In this document: positions 1 to 12,450 of the stretch, one piece after another
How positions within the stretch are numbered: position 1 is the first letter of the stretch
How the letters are laid out: each line of letters starts with the position of its first letter
Source: Caerostris extrusa
Taxonomy: Eukaryota
DNA: 64,000 bases
Direction of reading: 5' to 3'
NCBI GenBank assembly: GCA_021605095.1
Contig: BPLR01000781.1
Coordinates: 66,414-130,413 of the forward strand
Translations under genes and position numbers: made by a program
The notes under the pieces: model-generated
Database searches by the model: none
What the model was told of the DNA's origin: nothing
The model's input: the letters and a program-made list of their open reading frames with translations, nothing else

Positions 1-3000
1 AGAAAGTAAATAAAGTTGAATGCATATAGTTATTAAAGTCATTTTTATAAGCAATATTTATTATATTGAATGTATCAGCACCATTCAAATCTATTTGAAC
101 ATATAAAATATGCTGAATGCTTATTATGTTATTTATCCTTTCTCTCTTTTGTCCTAAACAGTTTCCTGCATCTTTTCAAGAAACTTCAATGTTGTCACTC
201 TTGTGACTTTTCCATTATAAAAGTTGTCTTTATCATAGTTTACAAAGTAATATCTGTGTTCTATGATCTTATTTAAGTTTTGTGGTGCATTTTTAAACTT
301 TTTTATAACAGCTGGAAAGAAAAACATGTTAAAGCCAAGAAAATGTTCATTACAAAATTGATAAATTTTATATAACCATCTTTTTTAGTTTAAAACCTTA
401 ATAGCCTGAATGCCAATCAAAGTGCCATAAAACAGCAGCTATTAATATTTACTCTGTTAATGATGAATTATGCCACAACTTTGGTACATATTTTAGTAAA
501 GTTCTATAAATTTTTAATATGGTAGAAAAAATACTGTACACACTTTCAGTTCCTATAATAATTTACAATTGAAAAGAAACTAAAACTTAATGGATGATTA
601 GAATCTTTACAAAAATTTGCAGAATACTTTGTTAGTGTTCTTTTATAGGAATTCAGCTAGCAATACAGTAGAATTTTTATTCATATAAATTCAAAATAAA
701 GAAATTAAAAAATTTTATATTACAAGGTGAGGCGATTGAAGTATTTTAAATTGTTTTTGCAGTTTGTTGAAGCTTTATTTTAATACATTTATGTATGTGA
801 TTGAAAAATACACATAAAACTTGGGACTGAAAATTAGGTAATTGTAATTGAAAAGCAATATAGTCAAGCAGGTAATTAAATTCTATAATGTTTAAATAAT
901 CATTGCTGGATTGTATAGTAAATAAATTATATTATGTGAATTCTAATTTATGGCATTTTGAGTCCTCATTTATTGCTTTAATTTTTTTTGTTATTAAATA
1001 TTGTTTTACATTAATAATTTTGATAAAGGAATTTTTTTCATAAATGTACTATTTAAACATCTAATATAAATTCATAAATATGATGAATTTTTGGTCATAA
1101 AATGCAATAAATAAATAAATATCTTTAATAAACTATAAAATTCTGTACACATGTATGTTTCTGTTTGAAATTTTAAAACTATGTTTTTCCTCTTACAAAA
1201 GTTTTTAATTACATTTTTTTTTTAAAAATATTTGGAAAACTTCATGTATATATATAGAGAGAGAGAGATTAAAAGCAATGTAATTATTTCTCAACTAAAT
1301 TTTAAAAAAACAAAAATTATTTTTTTTTCCCCCAATTATTTCTGATAGTTCAAGTTATATGGTATACTGTACTGTTTTAAATTGTATCACAAATTTTAAA
1401 AACGATTTATCTCAGATTTTGAAAAATTTCAAGAGAAACAGAAATTCTTTCCAAAATTTCTGATGCATTACATCCATTAGAACATTAAAATGGCTTCCTT
1501 GAATGAAATTGTATTGAGGGAAACATCTGTTGAACCAGATGAGTCCTTTTTCAATTCTTTCTATTAGCTCACACTCTCCTATATATATCTTGTTCAAATT
1601 TTCAATCGTTCATAAAATACTTTTTATTCATCCACTCAAGTTCAAATACATTTTTTTTTTTTAACTTGTGGTGGATGACAATACATGAGAATTAATGTTA
1701 ATACAGTTTTTCAAATATTAATTCAGTCATTAAATTTAATTAATTAATTTTAGTTTTTTAGATTTAAGTTACATCTATCTACCAATAGATGGCACCAGAT
1801 ACTTAAAAAATGAATGAAAATTATTTATAAAGGTCTGCAAATATAAAATAATATGTTATGTTATAAAGGTCTGCAATATAAAAAAAGTAAGAATTATGTT
1901 TTTATATTACTTGTTTTAAATTCATCCTAGGACTTCCTAAAGATGCTCAACAGATCATCAAAAGAACTCATCTTAGGTGGGTTTAGTAACAAAATAACAT
2001 TTTTATTTTTCCATTTTTTACAAATAACTTTCTCTTTTTAATCTTCCTCTTCCTGCAATTATACTTCTGCTATTTAATTCTATGGTTATGTACTGTTTCT
2101 ACTTTAGTGAGTCATTTATTTTTAAAGGACCGATTGGTATTTTCTAGTGGTGGGTTAAAAATTCTTCATAGAAATGTTTTGTTACCAGTGTAGAAAAATT
2201 ATTCCAGCTTATCAGGATAAATCATGAACTTAATAATAAAAAAAAAGATAAAGTTTCCTTCCAATAGTTTGATTTTTTTTCTTATGTAACATCTTTTTCT
2301 CAATGATTTCACTTAGAAGATAGCTTTATGACACATTCTGGTTCATTATGATATTAAGTATTAAATATGCATATTATTGCTGAGAGAACAGACAACTTTC
2401 ACTTTGTATTTTAAATTTTACCATCTTAAAAAAAATGGCATCTTGGAATATAAAATGTTTTAAAAGCAATTACTTATATGGTATATATCAAAGCTTGCAT
2501 CATAATGTAATATGTCAAATAATGAATTTTTTTTTTAAGAAATAGCTATAATTCTTATCTAGTGATTAAAAAAAAAAAAATTTGAATTTTTATACATGCA
2601 TTTTAGGATTTATAGCTTAACATATACGATGGTAGTCTAGTGAATTTTTTTATTATTTACTATATTGGCAATAAGGGAAAAAATAGTCTCATCTGACAAT
2701 AATTTTTTTAACTCTAAATATGTAAATTTTTAATACTTCTATATATTTGTAATTTTTAATATCATTTAATAAAATTATTTTTTGATATTTTGTAATTTTT
2801 AAAAATTTATTCTTTGTTAATTATATATTTACTTGTATATTTTATCCAGTGTATTTATGAAAGGTAGAATTTATTTTTGTATAATTGCATATTTTTATTA
2901 ATAAATATATATAATTATTCTTTTGAGGAGATCCCCATGGTAAAGAAGCCAATTGAAAATAGAGTGCTAACTCTGAACAAAAAGGACCAATATATGTCTT

Positions 3001-6000
3001 ATCACAGTTTTAGCAAATCTACGAGGTTACACGTGAAAATTCTTATTTTTATGCTGTTGAACATGTATTAACAGTAACTGTTTCAAGTTTACAACAAAGA
3101 GTTTAATGAGATAATCTGCATTACATACAGGCCACCAATGTAAATGGTAAATTAATTTAACTTAAAATATTTATTATTTAAAAGTCACTATGAAGCAGTA
3201 TACATTAAATGTTCGCTGGAATAGAAATGCGTTCAATACAACTGACATAGCCGAAATTCTTAAATGTATCTTTGCAATCTGATAATTCATCAACAGTAGT
3301 TCTATGTTCGAGTTGAGGAATAAATAGCACATGGAATGGCAAATTCCACGAGGCTTATGCTCTAGAACCCTCACAGTACCAAAAATCATGCCTACTAATT
3401 TTAGATTCAAAAATATGCACATGCATTACCTATAAATAATATTTAATATTTAAGTATGAGGAATTTTATAACCTAAAATTTTTGTTTATACTTTTTCTAT
3501 TGTTAAATTAATTTATTTTTATAACTAATGAAGGTTATAAATATACAAAGTCCATGTATCTAGAATAGAAAATACTCATTTATTTACCGTAAGATATTGA
3601 TTTCATCTAACAATTATTTAGATACCTTATTGCTCTTCCATCTACAAACATAATTGATTAGTTCACTTTATTATCGATTCAGAATTATTTAAGCATAACT
3701 ACCACACATTATCACTTAATATTAAAAAAATTATTTTAAATGTTTATTTATATATAATAGTTACATATTTTTTTAAATATACCTAATGAGAAATTATAAC
3801 TTGATAAGCAACCATTTTCAATAATTTAATATCTGTATAATGAACAAAATTAATAGTCTTAGTTAAATAATTTTCTTAAAAGATATTTAAGTTAAAAAAA
3901 AAAAGCCTAGCTGTTCTTTACCTTTTACACTTCATTAGGTATTTACTATAAAAGATCAATAAAAAAAAAAAATAGATAGAATTAAGGGACATTGTGGGAA
4001 TTTGTAAAATCATAAAGTTTAATTTAATTAAACATATTCTACAAATAATTTTGTTGGTAGAAACATTAATGTATATCATAAAAATTTATTACAGTAAAAT
4101 TATCATAAACTAGTAGTAAATTTTGATTTACAAGAAATAAGTCCCACAGTATGAAAGGATCAACTATCATATTGAATTACATTTATAAAAAGCAATCTTG
4201 ATATAATATTAACATAATTTGATTATAACAAAAAGCAAGCTTTTTGTTTGAACGAATTTAATACTGGTTAAAAAAAACCATAAATGTAAAGGATATTTTA
4301 CTTTTGATAAAACTGCTTAAAAAAAATTTTATTTCATAATAAAGTTGTTTTTTTACACTAATTTTTCCTACAAGTTTGTTTATATCATTTTCAATGTCAT
4401 GTTAAACACAAAAACAAAAACTATAGCTATTTAAAATCGTGCAATTAAATAATCTCAATTTATTAAATAGATTATAGCAAAAATATGTTATCACCTTCTC
4501 TTTTACAAAAAAAAAATATCAAACAGATAGCAATACAATACTTCTTCCACTAGTCAGTTTTGTTTATATTCCTTGTCAGTGAGATCAATACTACAACTAT
4601 ATATTTAATGTACTACACAGTAAATGTTCTTAAATTTTGATGACATATTTAATCATTTATATTATATAAGCATGCTTTAATACAATTTGTACATTTTAAT
4701 CATTCCATTTCTATCTAGAATGCTTTTATCTTTGAAATTTCTTAAAACTACATCAATGTTTGATAATCTATTATTGTCATGGTCTTGAACATGATTTAAG
4801 AGGTTACTGTAACAAAAAATGATTCCAGTTTTGTATTTTAAGAGGCTAAACACAACATGCCCCATCTATACAAACAAGCCTCTTTTGCAAGGATCACATA
4901 ATTTTTTACAAATCAGGTTGATTTACCTCATCCATGTCTGTAGCAAAATATAAAAATGTTAGAAGTACTATATTTAAATACTATTTTGATTTGAATTATA
5001 TCAGAAAAATTTAAGTAAAACTACTCCACTGATGTATTCAGAAATATATATAAATTTTATGAAGCATCACACAAAAATATAACATGTAATTTTCGAGAAA
5101 TAAATTTTTGTACGTAAAAAAAGATGGTTATTATTCATTATAGGAATTTAACAGATATATAATATAAGTTATCCCTTCCTATTAAACCTACCGCTTCTCT
5201 TTGTCTTTCCAGCAAAAATACGAAATTTATCAAGAAAATCCATCTTGATTTGCTAGATATTTTAACAATTTATTTTGCAGATAGAAAAATGAAAGAATTG
5301 AACCAGTAATATTTTCATGACAAAATCCTCTATGGTGTTTCATTAAAACTTCAATACTGTTATCAAGAGTAACCACAAATTCTTATTAAAAAAATAAATG
5401 CATTACGTTATACACAGATGAATGAAATACAGAAACAAATTTTATATCTAATTTTTCTTTTAAAAAATTTAAGGACTCTCCAGCTTAATTACATGTCAAT
5501 AAAATGGTTAACATGTTCTCATAAATACAGAAATTTAAAACAATGGATTAGTTGATTTAAATCAGTAACAATTAAATATTTTTTATAAAATTGATCTATT
5601 TTTACAATGCTAATTTAGATAACTATTTCCATTCATCAAATTTATTGTACAATTTAAACATTCCAAGATTAAATTTTTAATAAATCTTTTTTTCCCCTTC
5701 CCCTAACTATTCTTCAAGTTTTTGAACCAGTCCATAGTAATATATTTATTAAGTTAAAAATTGTTTTCATTCCTATTAATGTAGGAAATTTTTATACCAT
5801 TTCTGCCCGGAACTTGAAATAATCCTTTAAATAGTAATAAAATGGACACATTAATAGTATATTGAAAAATTTTCGTGTAAAATACAGCCCTTTTTACAAC
5901 TGAACAAAAAAAAAAAACATTATATATCAGATATTGTATGTTTGTAAAAATAAATTTCAAATATTTATACTTGTTATCCATAGTAATTAGATTATCTTAA

Positions 6001-6156
6001 AATTTCAATTTCAGGTTAATATTTTGTAAAATTGAGTTTATGTAAGCTTTTTAAGAACGAATTCCTATATATCATTGAAAGGGTTTTTCTTAAAAACTCT
6101 TAATAACAGTAAATTATAAATAAAATTAAAGAAGAGGCATTTAAGAATTTTTTTAT

Positions 6157-6162
6157 TTTATT
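6157..6162 (-). terminator. RPL23A: AATAAA polyadenylation signal about 25 nt downstream of the RPL23A stop codon.
   Basis: Reverse complement of tttatt at 6157-6162 reads AATAAA on the minus strand. Confidence 0.5.
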
Positions 6163-6185
6163 AAAGTTCATACAGATTGATCCAT

Positions 6186-6200
6186 TTATATAATTCCAAT
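6186..6200 (-). CDS. RPL23A: RPL23A terminal coding exon (IGII plus stop TAA).
   Basis: Acceptor tttacag at 6203-6201; uL23 proteins end in KIGII; stop at 6188-6186. Confidence 0.85.
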   Translation of the reverse strand: MGII

Positions 6201-6381
6201 CTGTAAAGAAAAAAAGAAAACAGAATTACTATATTAATAAACCAATAAAAGAATCTAGTAATATAATTCTGTAAAAATAAATGATTAAATTTAAATGTAC
6301 ATGCTGTATGGCTTGTCATAATATTATTTAATTTGTTTCTTAAGACAGTAGTTAAAAATTAACTAATAGAATACAACTTAC

Positions 6382-6451
6382 CTTGTTAGCTACATCCAAT
6401 GCATCATAGTCTGCAGCTAAGCGTACATAAGCCTTTTTCTGTCCATCAGGT
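6382..6451 (-). CDS. RPL23A: RPL23A exon 4 ([24 protein letters not shown]).
   Basis: Conserved uL23 C-terminal region ([23 protein letters not shown]). Acceptor ttgacag; donor GTAAGTT at 6381. Confidence 0.9.
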
Positions 6452-7275
6452 CTGTCAAAAAATAAATTTAATTAGGTAAAGTAAAATCAACTATGTTCTC
6501 AAGTGAACTTCAAAATGATCTTCTACCCATTTAAATAAATACGTGCAGTTTCAGAAAATTCACAAGTAACAACCTCAACAAAAAAAATTTTAAAAGGTCA
6601 TTACATATTTATGCAATGACATTGAAGCTTGATAATATACTAGTTTCAATAAAAAATATATATATATTGTATAAGTAAAATTAAAGGTGGCATAAATATT
6701 CACATCATATGAATTAACAATATCAAATAAACTTATAGAATTAAGCAATAAAAATTGTAATCAAGTTAAACTTTTTTTCCAATTGCATTGAAAGGAACTG
6801 AAAAATGGATGTTTTTTTTTATTTAAATAGTTTGTTAATTATAATTAAATCCATAACTATATAAGAAACATTAAAGTTTTTTGCTTGATACAAATTATAC
6901 CCAACAAATAAAATCCATATTTCAACACAATAAATTAAGTTATAAAAAAGCACATATTTTAAAGTAAAATTCAGGTTTCTCACTAATCAATATCTTTTAT
7001 TAGTCAAAGCTAGATTCAAGATTCTACAGAATTTGTTTCATACCAAATTAATCAGATAACATTATCTAAGTGACATTTTATTACATAAGGGCCAGTTATC
7101 CATATCAGGTCAATGGATTTACAAACTTGTAAAAAAAAAACTTTCGATAACACAAGTTGTGCCAAATTTCCAGGTCCTAAAATTTCTATTCAACTACTAA
7201 TAAAGAATTATATTTTGTGATAACTTTTTTAAATTAACACAATACAAAAATGACAAGTAAACATGAAATTCTTAC

Positions 7276-7452
7276 CTAATTAAGGTATTGACTTTCTGGA
7301 CATCAATGTTGTAAAGTTTTTTAACTGCATATCTAATTTGTGGCTTATTTGCCCTTTTGTGTACAATAAAAACTAAGGTGTTATTATCTTCAATTTTCTT
7401 CATAGCCGACTCAGTTGTAAGAGGATGCTTAATTGTAGACCATTGATCAAAT
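7276..7452 (-). CDS. RPL23A: RPL23A exon 3 ([59 protein letters not shown]).
   Basis: Conserved uL23 core ([22 protein letters not shown]). Acceptor tttcag at 7455-7453; donor GTAAGA at 7275. Confidence 0.9.
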
Positions 7453-7618
7453 CTGAAAATAAAATTTTTCGGCTAAAATTTTATGTATTTTAAAAATAGA
7501 AAAATTATTCCATAAAGAAAGATTCTTTAATTACTTAAAACTGACTAATGAGAATATAAGAATAGGCAAGCATTTATTAAATAAATTATATAATCAAATT
7601 AATATTAGAACAAATTAC

Positions 7619-7970
7619 CTAGGTCTCTTGGGACAACTCTTCCTGGGATATTTGGGATTTCGTTTCAGTGACAGAGTGGTAGGTCTTCTAAATTGAACAG
7701 TTGTTCTAATTTTCCTGACCCTGGTTCCATGAGCTCCTTTAACTACTCTCTTCTTTGCAGCTAAAGCCTTTGCTTTAGCAGGACCACTCTTGCCCTTTTG
7801 TTTAGGAGCAACTTTTTCGGGCTTCTCAGCTTTAGCTGGTGAAGCAGCCTTGGGTGCTGCAGGGGGTACATTCTCTTTCTTGGCTTCCTTGGGCTTCTCA
7901 GCTTTAGTTGCCTTTGCAGGAGCAGCTGCAGCTGTCGCTGGTGGTGGAGATGAAGGTGCAGCACCTTTAG
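7619..7970 (-). CDS. RPL23A: RPL23A exon 2. Ala/Pro/Lys-rich (H1-like) N-terminal extension, then [52 protein letters not shown].
   Basis: Six-frame ORF 7615-7986 matches the uL23 N-terminal region (KIRTS..FRRPKTL..PKYPRKS). Acceptor ttttaatag ending at 7971; donor GTAATT at 7618. Confidence 0.85.
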
Positions 7971-8651
7971 CTATTAAAATAAGCATTTAACATTTTAAAA
8001 GTTATTGCATAATTATTTTTAAGACCGCTATTTTTAGAGCAAGGATGATTAATAAAAAATAATCCGATACTAAAAATTTTTAAAGGTAAAAGCAATAAAA
8101 AATTAATCCATTTTCTAAATAATAAATTGTTATTTAACCGAAAATCTAAACACTCGTATAATTTTTTTTTTTTTTAAATATATCAAATTGAATATAAAAG
8201 TGATGTGATTAGCTCGATCTGAATTTAAAATATCTAATCGTAACAAAACAGACAATTTCATTTCAACAGATTTTCTTAGAAATAACTTATTAACGATACA
8301 TGAACTTAAGTTTAATGAGGTAACATAAATATGATCAACAAATATGTGTTCAAAATTGAAAAAAGAAAAAGTAGGCTTAAGTTTCTACACGCATGCATCA
8401 TTTACTTCTAAACAGATAACACAAATGTATCAATGAAATGGAATATGAATATAAAAATAATACCACAAGTACAAAGATATAAGAGTTACATCCCAAAAAG
8501 TATACAAATTAATACACGAGAATATAAAAAACGTCAACATATGAAGCCGCCATATCAGACATGAGGAATGAAGTATTCCAACATTTAATATATCTACATA
8601 AAATATAATCTTATTTGATTTTATACACAAATACAATATAAAATTAATAAC

Positions 8652-8688
8652 CTTTATCAGAAGCTCCTTTCTTTGATTTTGGACCCAT
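8652..8688 (-). CDS. RPL23A: Ribosomal protein L23a (uL23) exon 1. ATG at 8688. Encodes MGPKSKKGASDK plus one base, then a GTTATT donor.
   Basis: ATG followed by a Lys-rich start; donor gt at 8651-8650; joins in frame to exon 2. Confidence 0.7.
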
Positions 8689-9399
8689 TTCTAATTATTC
8701 TTTACCAACCCGAATTAAACTTAAGTGAAAACCACGTTTCTTATTCTTGCAGTTAGACCCTTGCCAGTTTCCAATCTTAAACATTAAAAATATTATTGAA
8801 AACAACTAAACTCTAATCTGACTCTTATTTAATTTTGTCCAACTAGTACAGTGAATTTTTAATTTAGCGTTTTAAACCATATTTTGGTGGTTTTTCGCAA
8901 AAAAATCTTTTTTATGCTGGTTAATAAATAATGTGTTATATAAATATTTTATTTAATTTTTAAGTATTTCAAACAAAGAAATCCATTCAAAATTTTCCGA
9001 TTACTTATAAGTTTAATTTATTTTGCTATATATTTTTATTTTTATTTTTGAGTATGTTAAAATACAAACAAGAAATATATACAATATATTACAGTTTTTA
9101 CATTAATTCAAACTTTGGGACAATCTAAAAGGACTAAGTTATTTTTACTAGAAGAATGATGAAACGTTGAATACTATAGTTTTCAGATAACCCAGATTTA
9201 CGGCTAACAAAAAATTTTTGAACAATATATTCAAAAATGGTTAATGCTATTCAACTATTTATATAGATGTTATCAATTTTTCAGTTCTTATTTTAACGTA
9301 ATTTTCTTAAAAGTTCCTTAAATTTACGACATAAGGCTAGGAGCTAACAGGGGCGCTCTATGACTGTCTTTTACATTTGGAATAGTAGCCCTAAATGCT

Positions 9400-11610
9400 G
9401 GATTGAGGAAAAAAAAATCCAAAGATAATTCTCTCTTCAAAATTAACAAACATTTTACCAAAAAATATCCCAAAATTCCTCACTGGTTGGATCCACAGGT
9501 CTTATATTCTCATCTTCTGATAAAGCGAACTCTTTTGCTGAAAACCTTGAACTCTCCTTTCAAGAAAACACTGAACCTTGCGATTACTCACAAATTGAGC
9601 ATGTTGAAGATACAGTAACTTCCTTTCTAGCTGATCATCAAAATTATCATAACAATATTTTTTTCCTCCATCTGACATAGTTAACTTAATCAAGAATCTC
9701 AACATTCGGAAATCTTCTGGACCTGACAACATTCCAAATAAAGCCTTAATGTGTCTCCCCATTAATGCCATTACTCATCTTGCAAAAATCTACAACAGCT
9801 GTACTAAATATCACTACTTTCCTATCTGGAAAAAAAAAAAATATCATCATGTTTCCTAAACCTGGTCAAGATAGGGAAATTTCCTCAAAATTAAAAGGCC
9901 CATCAGTCTCCTTAGCTGTGTAGGAAAACTTTACGAAAAACTCTTAGTGAGACATATTACTTCTTTTTCGATAAAAATTCCATAATTCCAGCAGAACAAT
10001 TTGGATTCCGTCAACAACTCAACTTGTCATCAACTTCTACGTGTCACCAATATCATCACTGAAGGATATAACTATAAATTTTTACAGGAGGTGTCTTTCT
10101 AGATGTCAAAAAAGCTTTCGATCGACTGTGGCACAATGGACTGATCTACAAAATGATCAAACTTCAATTTCCAACTTGGATCACACTTATTAAAGAAAAT
10201 TATCTTAAAAATAGAACCTTTCAAGTTCGACTTCATAATGAATTCTCCAAAATCGGTCGTATTAGTGCTGGTACACCTCAAGGAAGCGTGCTAAGTCCTA
10301 TTCTCTGCAATATCTTTACCTACGACTTTCCTCAATGCACTAACATTTCCACTTGCCTATATTTGCTGACGATTCTGCTGCTGTGGCCCAAGGCGCTTCT
10401 ATTCTTTATGTTCAATACTCTTCAAAATTTTCTGAATATCCTAGAGGATTGGCTAACTAAATGGCGCATCACAATTAATGTCTCTAAATCTCAAGCTATC
10501 ATTTTTCCAAAAAGGACACTCCAGACAACCATATATTAATCTCTCCCTTTTTGATCAACAAATTGAATGGGTGACTAATATTAAATATCTCGGTTTTAAT
10601 TATAGACAATAAACTTATAGTTTCGAGCTCATATTCAAAGAATCAAAGAAAAATGTTGGAAAAATTTTTATTCCTCTACCACTCATTAATAAATTTTCTA
10701 AATTTTCTGAATATCCTAGAGGATTGGCTAACTAAATGGCGCATCGCAATTAATGTCTCTAAATCTCAAGCTATCATTTTCCGAAAAGGACACGCCAGAC
10801 AACCATATATTAATCTCTCCCTTTTTGATCAACAAATTGAATGGGCGACTAATATTAAATATCTCGGTTTAATTATAGACAATAAACTTATAGTTTCGAG
10901 CTCATATTCAAAAAGAATCAAAGAAAAATGTTGGAAAAAATTTTTATCTCACTCTACCACTCATTAATAAATTTTCTAAATTAACTTTGTCAAACAAACT
11001 TCTTTTACAAACAAGTTCTCAGGCCTATCCTTACCTATGCTGCCCCAATCTGGGGTCTAGCTGCACAATCTAACAAGAAATCTGTACAAATTATTCAAAA
11101 CAAACTCCTTCGTATTATCACTGGAGCACCCTGGTTTGTCCGCAACTCTACAATTCATCAAGATTTAAAAAATTGACTCTATTGACAACTATATTACTAA
11201 ACTTTCTAGAAATTTCTTCAATACCATTGCTACTCACGAAAATCCTCTCATCAAGGCACAAACTATATTTACGCAATTGAATGGAAAATACAAGTATCCT
11301 TTCTCTACTTCTAAATGGAATCGAAGCCTCAAACCACCATAATTTCCTGCTCACTTATCGCTTTTTTAGATATTTTACTTCAACGCATATTTACTGATCA
11401 TAAATTTCTTGTTACGTTTCCATACCGATGATTTACATTTTCTTACTTTCTTCTTTTTTTTTTCTCTCATCATACGATTACTATTATCTATTTATCATGA
11501 CTTTTCTTTCCTACTGCCTTCACATACCATTGAGTAGATGAACGCTTCGCGTTCAGGCACTCGACATCTTTATTCAACAATGATGATGAGGAAAAAAAAA
11601 AAAAAAATCT
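9400..11610 (+). mobile_element. Degraded non-LTR (LINE) retrotransposon fragment, copy A. Reverse-transcriptase region and 3' end, terminating in an A16 tract at 11593-11608. The 10428-10977 segment is duplicated (see repeat feature).
   Basis: Frameshifted RT motifs: ..GPDNIPNKAL.., GVFLDVKKAFDRLWHNGLIYKM, GTPQGSVLSPILCNIFTYDFP, ..TCLY(A)DDSAA.., WRITINVSKSQAIIF. More than 90 percent identical to the copy at 36.5-38.4 kb. Confidence 0.8.
10428..10977 (+). repeat. Internal tandem duplication inside LINE copy A: two units of about 275 bp (about 10428-10702 and 10703-10977). Each unit starts ttctgaatatcctagaggattggctaactaaatggcgcatc.
   Basis: Near-identical 275-bp units seen directly; ORFs 10153-10539 and 10653-10967 share the peptide NILEDWLTKWRI[TA]INVSKSQAIIF. 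Copy B has only one unit. Confidence 0.85.
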
Positions 11611-12059
11611 TCAATTTGCATAATATACTAATTTGTCTGTGAATGCTTTTTTATTTATTATTTATTCTTCTTGCTGCTTGTAGAACGCCTGGAATTTTTT
11701 GACTTTTCATAATTTTTCTGCTCTTTTTAAATTCACACAAATAGAACAAATTTATATGAATTCTGAATACATTAGAAATATGGTTTCATTTTTTTTTTGA
11801 CTATAAGCAGAAAAGTTCAGCTACCAAAATGACAAAAGTTTTGAATAAGAGAGAACTACCGAATCTAAACATCAGAACAATTAGAATTAATGACTTAGAT
11901 TTCGTTGTTTGGAAATGACTTAGATTTCTAGTATTAATCCACGTTTTAATGCGGTGACGTTGATTTAAGGTAAAGTAGCGTTGCAGTTCTGAAGATACTT
12001 AAATTTATTATAGATGAGATATGAATAAACTTTGCCCATACTGAAACAACAATACAGTA

Positions 12060-12450
12060 AAAACATCCAAACAAGCATTTTTATCTCGTATATCGACTGA
12101 TTTAAAGGTCCTGCAGGGAAATGATAACTAACGCAGGAAATAAAAATAACATTTATTTCCAAATTTTGGAAATTTTCAAAGAAAATAATAGTAGCAATGG
12201 TGATTATCATTCCGAAATGAATGGAGCACATTTTGAGAAGGGGTTTCAGGAAATTCTGCCCTTCATAAATGCTAACAACATTTTTGTCATGGATAATGAG
12301 CTATACCACAGCGCTTTTTTTATGAAACCAGTCCGAATGAGTTAATAAAAAGTGGACACATTCAAACAGGCCTGACTATTTCTTGGAAAATTGATATGTT
12401 GAAAAATGAACTTCAATTGGTAGTATCCAATATCCGTAAATAAATATGAA
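12060..12450 (+). mobile_element. Tc1/IS630-family (DDE_3) transposase remnant.
   Basis: ORF 12121-12345 contains ..ANNIFVMDNELYHSAFFMKPVRMS, resembling the D-D-E core (I.VMDNASIH ... LPPYSPDLNPIE) of Tc1-like transposases; no intact ORF. Confidence 0.5.

Noticed and set aside
7761-7990. ORFs 7790-7990 (+) and 7761-7964 (-) overlapping RPL23A exon 2
   Set aside because: Alternative or antisense frames of the Ala/Pro/Lys-rich RPL23A exon. The low-complexity, GC-rich coding sequence yields open frames on both strands.
7980-8650. Possible intronic box C/D snoRNA in RPL23A intron 1 (gtgatgtga ... ctga)
   Set aside because: The C-box-like motif has an extra base and lies on the plus strand, opposite to the host gene. 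No convincing C/D or H/ACA architecture was found by eye.
9502-9771. Minus-strand ORFs 9502-9771 and 36649-36999 (89 and 116 aa, shared peptide ..KALFGMLSGPE.FRMLRFLIKL.MSDG.KKYCYDNFD)
   Set aside because: They lie antisense to the two LINE RT copies. They are shared only because the LINE is duplicated, and show no independent coding signal.
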